A model generated the notes under the pieces. The model did no database searches and was not told the DNA's origin. It saw nothing but the letters and a program-made list of their open reading frames with translations. Source: Macrostomum lignano (Eukaryota). Taken from it: DNA of 64,000 bases. Shown here piece after piece: positions 47,628 through 59,658 of the stretch. Location of the stretch: the NCBI GenBank assembly GCA_002269645.1, contig NIVC01000553.1, positions 156,554 to 220,553 on the forward strand, given 5' to 3'. Position numbers and translations under genes: made by a program. How positions within the stretch are numbered: the stretch's first letter is position 1; every line of letters begins with the position of its first letter.

Positions 47628-50531
47628 ATGTAGAACATTAAAGATCCACCATGTCGAAAATTAAAGAGCCACCATGTAGAATATTAAAAAGCCACCATGA
47701 AGAACATTAAAGAGCCACCATGTCAAACATTTAGAAGCCATTATGTCAAAGATTTAAGAGCCACCATGTCAAACATTTAAGAGCCACCATGTCAAACATA
47801 AAAGAGCCACCATTTTAAACATTGAAGAGCCACCATTTCGAACATTGAAGAGCCACCATGTCAAACAATTAAAAGCCAGCATGTCAAACATAAAAGAGCC
47901 ACTTTGTCGAACACTAAAGAGCCACCATGTCAAACATAAAAGAGACAACATGTCAGACATTGAAGAGCCACCGTATCAAACATAAAAGAGTTACCATGTA
48001 GAACATTAAAGATCCACCATGTCGAAAATTAAAGAGCCACCATGTCAAAAATAGAAGAGCCACCATGAAGAACATTAAAGAGCCACCATGAAGAACATTT
48101 AGAAGCCACCATGTCAAAGATTTAAGAGCCACCATGTCAAACATTAAAGAGCCACCATGTCAAACATAAAAGAGCCACCATTTTAAACATTGAAGAGCCA
48201 CCATTTCGAACATTGAAGAGCCACCATTTCAAACATTAAAGAGCCACCATGTCAAACAATTAAAAGCCAGCATGTCAAACATAAAAGAGCCACTTTGTCG
48301 AACACTAAAGAGCCACCATGTCAAACATAAAAGAGACATGTCAGACATTAAAAAGCCACCGTATCAAACATAAAAGAGTTACCATGTAGAACATTAAAGA
48401 GCCACCATGTCGAAAATTAAAGAGCCACCATGTAGAATATTAAAGAGGCACCATGAAGAACATTAAAGAGCCACCATGTCAAAAATAGAAGAGCCACCAT
48501 GTCTAACAGTAAAAAGCCAGCATGTCGAACATTAAAGAGCCACCAAGTCAAACATAAAAGAGCCACTTTGTCGAACATAAAAGAGCCACCATGTCAAACA
48601 TAAAAGGCCACCATGTCAAACATTTAGGAGCCACCATGTCAAACATATATGTGACTTTATGTCAAATATTAAAGAGCCACCATGTCAAACCTAAAAGAGC
48701 CACCATGTCGAACATAAAAGAGCCACTTTGTCGAACACTAAAGAGCCACCATGTCAAACATAAAAGAGACAACATGTCAGACATTAAAAAGCCACCGTAT
48801 CAAACATAAAAGAGTTACCATGTAGAACATTAAAGAGCCACCATGTCGAAAATTAAAGAGCCACCATGTAGAATATTAAAGAGGCACCATGAAGAACATT
48901 AAAGAGCCACCGTGTCAAAAATAGAAGAGCCACCATGTCAAACATAGAAGAGCCACCATGTCTAACAGTAAAAAGCCAGCATGTCGAACATTAAAGAGCC
49001 ACTAAGTCAAACATAAAAGAGCCACTTTGTCGAACATAAAAGAGCCACCATGTCAAACATAAAAGGCCACCATGTCAAACATTTAGGAGCCACCACGTCA
49101 AACATAGAAGAGCCACCATGTCTAACAGTAAAAAGCCAGCATGTCGAAAATTAAAGAGCCACCAAGTCAAACATAAAAGAGCCACTTTGTCGAACATAAA
49201 AGAGCCACCATGTCAAACATAAAAGGCCACCATGTCAAACATTTAGGAGCCACCATGTCAAACATATATGTGACTTTATGTCAAATATTAAAGAGCCACC
49301 ATGTCAAACATTTAAGAGCCACCATGTCAAACCTAAAAGAGCCACCATGTCAAACATAAAAGAGCCACCATTTCAAACATAAAAGAGCCACCATGTCAAA
49401 CATAAAAGAGCCACCATTTTAAACATTGAAGAGCCACCATTTCGAACATTGAAGAGCCACCATGTCAAACAATTAAAAGCCAGCATGTCTAACATAAAAG
49501 AGCCACTTTGTCGAACACTAAAGAGCCACCATGTCAAACATAAAAGAGACAACATGTCAGACATTAAAAAGCCACCGTATCAAACATAAAAGAGTTACCA
49601 TGTAGAACATTAAAGATCCACCATGTCGAAAATTAAAGAGCCACCATGTAGAATATTAAAAAGCCACCATGAAGAACATTAAAAAGCCACCATGTCAAAC
49701 ATTTAGAAGCCACCATGTCAAAGATTTAAGAGCCACCATGTCAAACATTTAAGAGCCATCATGTCAAACATAAAAGAGCCACCATTTTAAACATTGAAGA
49801 GCCACCATTTCGAACATTGAAGAGCCACCATGTCAAACAATTAAAAGCCAGCATGTCAAACATAAAAGAGCCACTTTGTCGAACACTAAAGAGCCACCAT
49901 GTCAAACATAAAAGAGACAACATGTCAGACATTAAAAAGCCACCGTATCAAACATAAAAGAGTTACCACGTAGAACATTAAAGATCCACCATGTCGAAAA
50001 TTAAAGAGCCACTATGTAGAATATTAAAGAGCCACCATGAAGAACATTAAAGAGCCACCATGTCAAACATTTAGAAGCCACCATGTCAAAGATTTAAGAG
50101 CCACCATGTCAAACATTTAAGAGCCACCATGTCAAACATAAAAGAGCCACCATTTCGAACATTGAAGAGCCACCATTTCGAACATTAAAGAGCCACCATG
50201 TCAAACAATTAAAAGCCAGCATGTCAAACATAAAAGAGCCACTTTGTCGAACACTAAAGAGCCACCATGTCAAACATAAAAGAGACAACATGTCCGACAT
50301 TAAAAAGCCACCGTATCAAACATAAAAGAGTTACCATGTAGAACATTAAAGAGCCACCATGTCGAAAATTAAAGAGCCACCATGTAGAATATTAAAGAGG
50401 CACCATGAAGAACATTAAAGAGCCACCATGTCAAAAATAGAAGAGCCACCATGTCAAACATAGAAGAGCCACCATGTCTAACAGTAAAAAGCCAGCATGT
50501 CGAACATTAAAGAGCCACCAAGTCAAACATA
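47628..50531. repeat. 23-bp satellite array A with ~370-bp higher-order repeat
   Basis: Monomer gtcaaacattaaagagccaccat. The variant block acaattaaaagccagcatgtc recurs at ~47866, 48257, 49470, 49836 and 50206. Confidence 0.95.
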
Positions 50532-50685
50532 GGAGACGCAATTTCAAACGTAAAAAGAAGCGTCATGCCAATCACAAAGGAGCCATTATAAAGCTAAGGA
50601 AATTGTTGCACTTGCTACTTATTGTCCAGTGGATGCTTGCTATTTAGTATAGGATCAATACTTGCTATCAATTGGTTGCTTGCTA

Positions 50686-50855
50686 TCTGGGGTGCTTGCT
50701 ATCTGGGGGTGCTTGCTATCTGGGGTGCTCGCTATCTGGGGGTGCTTGCTATCTGGGGGTGCTTGCTATCTGGGGGTGCTTGCTATCTGGGGGTGCTTGC
50801 TATCTGGTGGTGCTTGCTATCTAGAGGTGCTTGCTATCTGGGGGGATGCTTGCTG
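50686..50855. repeat. 17-bp minisatellite in the Helitron unit 1 tail
   Basis: Unit atctgggggtgcttgct. Confidence 0.92.
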
Positions 50856-51587
50856 TCTTAGGATGTTTTCTTTTTGCATTTCACTTCATCTGAGCAGTTT
50901 TTCTATTGACTATGTGAAGGCTTTGTTTGGCCATCTTATTGATACTTGTAGAGAACAGAGATTCTATCTAGATGTCCCCCATCGGGGGGCGAAGATTGCT
51001 AGTCCTATATACTAAAAATGAAATGTCTGTAACTAACTAGCTATGCGATAGATTTCAGAAAAAATGGCTCAACCGATTTTCTTCAAACTTGCACCATTCG
51101 ATCAGAAATGTTCCTGGGACGGTACATGTATCTTGGCTAAGAAATTGCTCAATGTTAAAGGGATTAAATATTCGAAAAACATGCTTTTTTGCAAAGGTCA
51201 AGCCAAATTTTTGACTTGAAATGCATTGTAAGAATGCTAGAGAAAAAACTGACTGGCTGAATTACGATTGTGATAAAGATTGCATCACAACAAGGTGAAA
51301 ACAGTGCCACAGAAACGCACACAAGACTTCATTGAAATTGCGTAACCATATTGCTAACTTTAATTGAGACTGATACTGGCTGACTGAGAAATTGATTATG
51401 TCATAACTTTTTACTCTAACCGACTTGCTATAAGTATTGAATTATAAGGGCCACAAGTCATGTTCTCCAATTGAAAAGAGATAGCCGGATGAAACAGACT
51501 GGAATGCTAATGTAGCGACCTTGGTTCGAATCTTAGTGGTGAAAAATGTTTTTTTTATTAAAACACGTTAAAAAACACAAAATTCTC

Positions 51588-54362
51588 AACATTAAAGAGC
51601 CACCATGTCGAAACATTAAAGAGCCACCATTTCAAACATTAAAGAGCCACAATGTCAAACATTAAAGAGCCACCATGTCGAACATAAAAGAGCCACCATA
51701 TCAAACATAAAAGAGTTACCATGTCAAACATTAAAGAGCCACCATGTCGAACATTAAAGAGCCACAATGTCAAACATTAAAGAGCCACCATTTCAAACCT
51801 AAAAGAGCCACCATGTCGAACATTAAAGAGCCACAATGGCAAACATTAAAGAGACACCATTTCAAACCTAAAAGAGTTACCATGTCAAACATTAAAGAGC
51901 CGCCAGGTCAAACATAAAACAGACACCATTAAGAACATTAAAGAGCCACCATGTCGAACATTAAAGAGCCACCATGTCAAACATAAAACAGCCACCATTT
52001 CGAAAATTAAAGAGCCACCATTTTAAACATTAAAGAGCCACCTTGTCAAATATTAAAGAGCCACCATGTCGAAACATTAAAGAGCCACCATTTCAAACAT
52101 TAAAGAGCCACAATGTCAAACATTAAAGAGCCACCATGTCGAACATAAAAGAGCCACCATATCAAACATAAAAGAGTTACCATGTCAAACATTAAAGAGC
52201 CACCATGTCGAACATTAAAGAGCCACAATGTCAAACATTAAAGAGCCACCATTTCAAACCTAAAAGAGCCACCATGTCGAACATTAAAGAGCCACAATGG
52301 CAAACATTAAAGAGACACCATTTCAAACCTAAAAGAGTTACCATGTCAAACATTAAAGAGCCGCCAGGTCAAACATAAAACAGACACCATTAAGAACATT
52401 AAAGAGCCACCATGTCGAACATTAAAGAGCCACCATGTCAAACATAAAACAGCCACCATTTCGAAAATTAAAGAGCCACCATTTTAAACATTAAAGAGCC
52501 ACCTTGTCAAATATTAAAGAGCCACAATGTCAAACATTAAAGAGCCACCTTATCAAACATTAAAGAGCCACCATGTCAAACATTAAAGAGCCACCATGTA
52601 AAACATTAAAGAGCCACCATGTCGAACATAAAAGAGGTACCATGTCAAACATTAAAGACCCACCAGGTCAAACATGAAAGTGCCACCATGTCAAATATTA
52701 AAAAGCCACCATGTCAAACATTAAAGAGCCACCAGGTCAAACATGAAAGTGCCACCAGGTCAAGCATATACATGACTCCATGTCAAATATTAAAGAGCCA
52801 CCATGTCAAACATTAAAGAGCCACCAGGTCAAACATGAAAGTGCCACCATGTAAAACATTAAAGAGCCACCATGTCAAACATTAAAGAGCCACCAGGTCA
52901 AATATATACATGACTCCATGTCAAACATTAAAGAGCCACCATGTCGAACATAAAAGGGCCACCATGTCAAATATTAAAGAGCCACCATGTCAAACATTAA
53001 AGAGCCACCAGGTCAAACATGAAAGTGCCACCATGTAAAACATTAAAGAGCCACCATGTCGAACATTTAAGAAGCACCATGTCAAACATAAAATAGCCAC
53101 CATGTGAAACATATAGGTGACTCCATGTAAAACATTAAAGAGCTACCATACCAGACATATACATGACTCCATGTCAAACATATACGTGACTCCATGTTAG
53201 ACATTTAAGAGCCACCATGTCGAACATTAAAGAGCCAACGTGTTAAAAATACAAGAGCCACCAGGTCAAACATATATATGACTCCATGTCAAACATTAAA
53301 GAGCCACCATGTCGAACATAAAAGGGCCACCATGTCAAATATTAAAGAGCCACCATGTCAAACATTTAAGAGCCACCATGTCAAACATATACATGACTCT
53401 ATGTCAAACGTTAAAGAGACACCATGTCAAACATTACAGAGCCACCATGTCAAACATTTAAGAGCCACCAGGTCAAACATGAAAGTGCCACCATGTAAAA
53501 CATTAAAGAGCCACCATGTCAAACATATACGTAACTCCATGTCAAACATTGAAGAGACCCCATGTCAAACATTAAAGAGCCACCACGTCGAACATAAAAG
53601 AGCCACCATGTAAAACATATACGTAACTCCATGTCAAACATTGAAGCGACACCATGTCGAACATAAAAGAGCCACCATGTCGAACATTAAAGAGCCACCA
53701 TGTCGAACATAAAAGAGCTACCATGTCAAACATTAAAGAGCCACCATGTTAAACATAAAAGAGCCATCATGTCAAACATATAAGTGACTTTATGTCGAAC
53801 ATTAAAGAGCCACCATGTCTAACATTAAAGAGCCACCATGTCCAACATTAAAGAGCCACCATGTCAAAAATTAAAGAGCCACCATGTCTATCATTAAAGA
53901 GCCATCATCTCAAACATTAAAGAGCTACTTTGTCTAACATTAAAGAGCCACCATGTCAAACATTAAAGAGCTACTTTGTCTAACATTAAAGAGCCACCAT
54001 GTCAAACATTAAAGAGCCACCATGTCAAACATTAAAGAGCCACCATGTCAAACATAAAAGAGCCACCTTTTTGAACATTAAAGAGCCACCATTTCGAACA
54101 TTAAAGAGCCACCATGTCAAACATAATAGAGCCACCATGTAAAACATTAAAAAGCCACTTTGTCAAACATAGAAGAGCCCCCATGTCAAACATAGAAGAG
54201 CCCCCATGTCAAACATAGAAGAGCCCCCATGTCAAACATAGAAGAGCCCCCATGTCAAACATAGAAGAGCCACTATGTCAGACATTGAAAAGCCACCGTA
54301 TCAAACATAAAAGAGTTACCATGTACGAGCGTAGAACATAAAAGAGCCACCCTGTAAAACAT
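51588..54362. repeat. 23-bp satellite array B (same monomer; 461-bp internal duplication)
   Basis: Monomer period 23 (51951 to 51974); the block at 51605 repeats at 52066. Confidence 0.95.
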
Positions 54363-54459
54363 AAAAGATACACAATTTCAAACGTAAAAGTAAGCGAATT
54401 TTAAAGGAGCCGCTATAATGCTAAGGAAATTGTCGCACTAGCTACTTATTGTCTGGTGG

Positions 54460-54850
54460 ATGCTTGCTATTTGGGGATGCTATCTATCTTGGGGATGCTT
54501 GCTATCTGGGGGATGCTTGCTATCTGGGGGATGCTTGCTATCTGGGGGATGCTTGCTATCTGGGGATGCTTGCTATCTGGGGGATGCTTGCTATCTGGGG
54601 GATGCTTGCTATCTGAGGGATGCTTGCTATCTGGGGGATGCTTGCTATCTGGGGGATGCTTGCTATCTGGGGGATGCTTGCTATCTGGGGGATGCTTGCT
54701 ATCTGAGGGATGCTTGCTATCTTGGGGATGCTTGCTATCTGGGGGATGCTTGCAATCTGGGGATGCTTGCTATCTGGGGATGCTTGCCATCTTGGGGATG
54801 CTTGCTATCTAGGGGATGCTTGCTATCTGGGGGATGCTTGCAGTCTTGGG
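54460..54850. repeat. 18-bp minisatellite in the Helitron unit 2 tail
   Basis: Unit atctgggggatgcttgct. Confidence 0.93.
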
Positions 54851-55845
54851 ATGATTTCTTTTTGCAATGCACTTTATTTGAGCAGTTTGTCTGTTGTCTT
54901 TTTGAAGGATTTTTGGCTGTCTTTTTGTTACTTTAGAAAACAGAGATTCTATCCAGATGTCCCCCATCCGGGGGTCGAAGATTGCTAGTCCCAACTGAAA
55001 ATTTAGATCAGAGGCCGGCAAACTCCGTCCACGAAGTCTCTCTATCAATGGCAATTGATGGCAATGGCAAACTTCAATGGCAATTCGGCTCGGCCCGCAC
55101 AAAGTTGCTGTCCCTTCTAAGTTCTCTCCTCTCCTCTCTCCTCTCCTCACCTTTCTTATCACCTCTATTCTTTCATCTCCTCGTTTTTCTTATCTTCTGT
55201 CTTCTCTCCTTTCTTTTCTCCTCTCATCGATCTTCTCTCTTTTCTCTCTCTTATTTCTCTCCTTTCTTTTCTCCTTTCATCGATCTTCTCTTCTGTCTCT
55301 CTCATTTCTCTCCTTTTTTCTCCTCTCATCGATGTCTCATCTCCTCTTTATTCTTCTCTCTCCCCCCATTCCCTCACCTTTCCACTCTCATCTGGGTGGG
55401 TTTTGGGGACGAGTTGGCCCGGGTTGGTCCGCCCCCATTGGGGAGTGTCACTTCCATATGTAGAGTATTCCCTGGCTAGGGCACCTAGATTCAGATAGCT
55501 AGCTAGCTTGGAGCACGCTCTAACTTGGGTAGTCCGCTAGGGGTTGGAGCATGCTCCCGTGCTCCCAGTAAAGTGTAGCTAGTTAATTGTGGAGCATGCT
55601 CCCTGATGACAGCCAATGGAGTAACACGGAAGAAAAGACCAATAAAAGTGCGTCCTTTTAAATTTGTTGCTTGTCTTATTTAGACTTTACATTAATAAAA
55701 ACATTAGGCCAACCTAGGCCTATCCTTATGTACTTAGACCTTTATTTAATTAGAAATACAACGGTAGTGCCAACACACCAGTACTCATTACAACATAACA
55801 CAAGTTTTTCTTTGTGCTATATTTTTGCAATAAATTTGCTGCAAC

Positions 55846-58800
55846 CACAGACCAAGAAATATAACTAGACTGCGCATCCCGCATTTCTTGCTTGGGCTTG
55901 TTTTTGACCAAATGACAGTGGAAAAAATGGTCCCTCTCTCCCTACTCGAAAACGATCGATAATTGTGCTTGGGCAAGAAGTTAGGGTACAGGCCTGCTTT
56001 TCTTTCCGCCTGCGTTGATATGTAGCTATATATTAAAGTGGTCTGGGGCCAAAAATATAAACTTATAAAACACATACTTGAAATACAAAGCAAGCTGCTT
56101 CAGTCTAATCTAAATCAATCCTCACCAAATCGAACTGCCATGGAAGAATCTAATTCTTCAAAACTGCCTAGCAGAAAAAGTCACGGCAGCTTTTGCTGCG
56201 CTCTAGGCTGCTCGAACAACTCGTCAATGTCTCCGGCAGTGTCCTTCCATTTTTTTCCAAAAGACACTGAAATGAAGAGAAAGTGGCTGGTTGCGCTCCG
56301 ACGCAAGGAGTTCAAACCATCGGCGACCACCCAAGTCTGCTCGGTCCACTTTGCAGAGTCTTGCTTCAAGGAACAACTAGCTGGCTTTCTGCCCACCACA
56401 AGAAGGCGGCTGTATCCAAATGCTGTTCCTTCTATCTTCCCGACGCTCCCTGACCGCCTGCAGCCTGTTGAAAAGAAGCGAAAAACAGCCACCGCCGCCG
56501 CCGCCGCTGCTCAGGAAGTTGACTTTGCTGCATTTTTGAAAGCGCCGGAATGTAGCAAGACGAAGGCTCAGCCAACTGACACGGAGGCAGATGAACCAGA
56601 ACAACCCCTACAAGAACTGCATGCCAACTGTGTGGCCAGAGAACTATTCGAAGAAAAGGTGAGAGTCCTAAAAAACCTGAGGCGCAGATACAAAAGGCTT
56701 TTGGCTGCTCATAAGAGATCTAAGAAAAGTGCTAAGGCCATTGAAATCCTGCGTCGGACGGTACAGAGCAAGTACAGAAAAATTCGATCTCTGCGCTCAA
56801 AGCACAGGCAAATTAAACATAGAGCCAAAACATTGAAGGACGCAATTCTGGATCTAAAGGCCAAGTGCATGTTAAACGAAGCAGCGGCATCTCGATTGAA
56901 TTTCTTGACCTCCGATTCACTGCTGAGCAGCATCGTGCCTTGCAATAGAAAAAGGACAAAGAGGTTCTCTGACGAAGTGCGCAAATTCGCCTCTACATTG
57001 CATTTCTATAGTCCGAAGGCTTATGAGTATGTACGAAAGTACTTTCAGCTTCCACATCCTGCGTCACTTAGAAAATGGCTCTCAAATGCAAAGTGCTTTC
57101 CAGGGTTTTGCGATCAGGCTTTCCAGGAACTTTCGCGGCGACGCAGCTCCACTGACGGCCAAGCCTTTGACTACTGCAACGTTGTTGCTGATGAAATGTC
57201 GCTAGAGTCGATGATTGAATGGAATTCAAGCGAAGGTATGTTTTTTGGCTACGTTGACAAAGGTGATGGCAAACCAAGTGATCAGGAGGCGTCTTCGGCA
57301 CTGGTAGTGATGGCAGTGGGGCTTAAGAGCTATTGGAAGCTGCCTTTAGGGTATTTTCTAGTGAATGGAGTTGACGGCGAATTTCTTTCGAGCGTTGTAG
57401 AGGAATCCATTCAGCGACTGTACCAGGTTGGCGTCATAGCAACATCATTCACATGCGATGGAACTCAGCACAACATTCGAGCGATCGAACTCCTTGGCTC
57501 CAGGATAAGTTCTCCGAACGAGGTCGTCGCCTGCTTCCCGCACCCCTGCGATCCTAGCATTCAGGTTGCAGCCTTCCTGGATGTGCCTCACATGTTAAAG
57601 CTGATTCGCAATCAGTGGCAGTCACTGGGAAGATTTGTTTGGCCGAACAGAGGAAATATTGAATGGAAATATGTTTCCATGTTGCAGCAAGTACAAGAAA
57701 GTCATGGACTCCGACTTGGAAACAAGTTAAGCAGGCATCACATCAACTTTGCTAATTTAAAGATGAAGGTCTATTTGGCATCACAACTGTTTAGCAAGTC
57801 AGTGGCCGACTCTTTGCGATGGGTGCATCAGCAAGGTGTGATCGGATTTGAGCACTCTGATGTGCTAGTCACCGCAGATTTCGTTGAGCACATGAATGAT
57901 TTGTTCGACGCTTTCAATTCCAAGCGGCTGGTCAGTTATGGCGCCAAAATGGCGCTTAGAGCTGACAATCAGTCGGATTGGATCGATTTCTTCTCTAGCT
58001 CGATCGAACTTCTCCGTAGCCTTGAAACTCCGGCTGGCTGTAAGATAGTAGAAACCGCAAAGAAGACTGGCTTCCTAGGCTTCATCACCAACTGCCATGG
58101 CATTATGGAGCTCGCTAAGTATTTATTTTCGACTGGCGAATTCTTCTTTCTTTGCACTTACAAGCTTTCGCAGGATTTTCTCGAACTGTTTTTAATGCAG
58201 TAAGGCTACGAAATGGCTGGAACCATAACCCAACGCCCACGCAATTTCGCTCAGCATTCAGGCAGCTGTTGGTGCATGCCGGAGGTGGAATTCTACAGTC
58301 CGTGAGTCCGAATGTGAGGCAGCAGGATGCCACTATTCAGTTATCATTGTCTTGTCTGCCATCATCATCAGGACAGCAGCCATGGAAGCAGATGAAAGCT
58401 CAAAATGAAATGGGACTGAGTCTGGGTTTAATCCAACACTGCAAGAATGCATCGGTGTGTGAAATTTGCCAGTCCATCGTGTGCTATATCGCAGGCGCGG
58501 TCGTCCGAAGAATGATGAAAGCAGTTGAATGTGCTCCGTGCAGTTCAGCTCTGATCGCAAGCTCTGAGACGCCAGGAGCTTCACGCGGACCATGCTCACT
58601 CGTTGCCATAAAAAATGTTTTGAACAAGGAAGGAACTGGCGGCCTGATTTTTCCTAGCAGCAATGTCCTGCGGGTGCTGCTCAATGCAGAGACTGTTGTT
58701 CGGCGTTCCAGCTACAGCAGCGGATTCTCTAGTGATTTAGCTGTTCAGGAGATTCTGCGCATGTCAATCGATCTGTTCCCTGAACTGGACTCTCATTCGG

Positions 58801-59329
58801 CATCCGCGAGTATCAGCATTGAGTCTCACAAGCTGCATTTGATTCGAGTAATGGCTATGCTTTTTATAAATATTCGAATGAAGAAGCTGGCTAAGGATCT
58901 TTCACGCGCTGGAAGAAAACCCGGCAAGAGGCAAAGGCTGCTTCGAACAGCGATTTTTCTTAATTTGTAATCAGCGTATTCGCATATGGAGGCTGGTAAG
59001 TTATGGCTTCAATGCATTCTGTTTAAGCTTATTCCCGTGATAAACTATATATTTGCCATTAAATGCGTGCAAAAAATTCTAGATAAATTAAAAATGAATC
59101 TGTAGTTGTTGATTTGTTAATCCTATTTCTTACTGAGTCTGAATTTTCACTAGTTACGAACATAAAGAAAAAAGAGACCCCGACAAGCTGAGTTGGCTGA
59201 GGGTAAGAAGAAAGGCCCGGGCACAATTATCGATCGTGGGGGAGTGGGCACTGGGGTGCCACTTTTCCTACTAGGAAAAAGGCACAACTTTTTTTACCCT
59301 CATGCGCAGTCTAGTTATATTGGTCTGTG
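55846..59329 (+). mobile_element. P-superfamily DNA transposon, nearly intact
   Basis: TIR CACAGACCAA(gaaa)TATAACTAGACTGCGCAT; perfect 8-bp TSD GCTGCAAC at 55838-55845 and 59330-59337; internal inverted motif cgatcgataattgtgc at ~55955 and 59221. Confidence 0.92.
56140..58970 (+). CDS. THAP9-like P-element transposase (~943 aa) with a single 1-nt frameshift in a T5 run at 58189-58193
   Basis: THAP domain (CCALGC..FHFFP..W..CSVHF..AVPSIFP); RFSDEVRKFASTLHFYSPKAYEYVR; VADEM, CDG, DVPHMLKLIRN, KMKVYLASQLFS and LSQDFLELF/NAVR..G.N.NPT..QF..AFR.L. Confidence 0.85.
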
Positions 59330-59658
59330 GCTGCAACCCCCTATGTACGCAATTTTTATTGGTTTATACTGGGAGCATGCTTCGGGTATAGCTAGCTATG
59401 GAGCACAGGAGCATGCTCCAGCCCCTAGCCCAGATTGGGCTTCGTGTGACTCAACCCTAGCATGTCCGTTCATATCCCACTCTTCTTTCTTTTAGTTCGT
59501 AAATGTACTCTCTCATTCTTCCCGTCCTTATATACAGTAAGAAAATGGTAGGAATATAGTCTTCCTGCAAACCTGCAACCCTGCAATCTCAATCTACCTT
59601 ACTGATTCAAGTTTTTACTTCACCAATCTTATATACTAAAATCTATTACTAAAAGAAC

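Larger units (their letters stand above)
47628..51002 (+). mobile_element. Helitron-like non-autonomous unit 1 (5'-truncated)
   Basis: Ends in the hairpin tcccccatcggggggc followed by gaagattgCTAG (50999-51002). Its tail is homologous to 54370-54988. Confidence 0.65.
51003..54988 (+). mobile_element. Helitron-like non-autonomous unit 2 (complete)
   Basis: 5' TCCTATATACTAAAAATGAAATGTCTG; 3' hairpin cccccatccggggg followed by gaagattgCTAG (54985-54988) and then T. Confidence 0.7.
47070..55474. mobile_element. 8.4-kb non-autonomous P-type TIR element carrying Helitron/satellite cargo
   Basis: Perfect 35-bp TIR CAGGGAATACTCTACATATGGAAGTGACACTCCCC (47070-47104; reverse complement 55440-55474). 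7-bp TSD GCTAGGG at 47063-47069 and 55475-55481. No coding ORF inside. Confidence 0.88.
55537..59428. mobile_element. ~400-bp MITE-like host element split by the P element at 55846-59329
   Basis: ctaggggttggagcatgctcccgtgctcc (55537) versus the reverse complement of ...ggagcacaggagcatgctccagcccctag (59428), 27/29 match, with further inverted similarity (accaataaaa..tgcgt). No TSD seen. Confidence 0.55.

Noticed and set aside
8223-54936. Many ORF-track entries with periodic peptides (e.g. 8223-8545, 12427-12858, 16870-17563, 20785-21322, 23338-24872, 25431-26455, 34062-34448, 35243-36310, 47769-54936)
   Set aside because: They are translations of mini-, micro- or satellite units lacking a stop in one frame, and they lie in introns or TE cargo.
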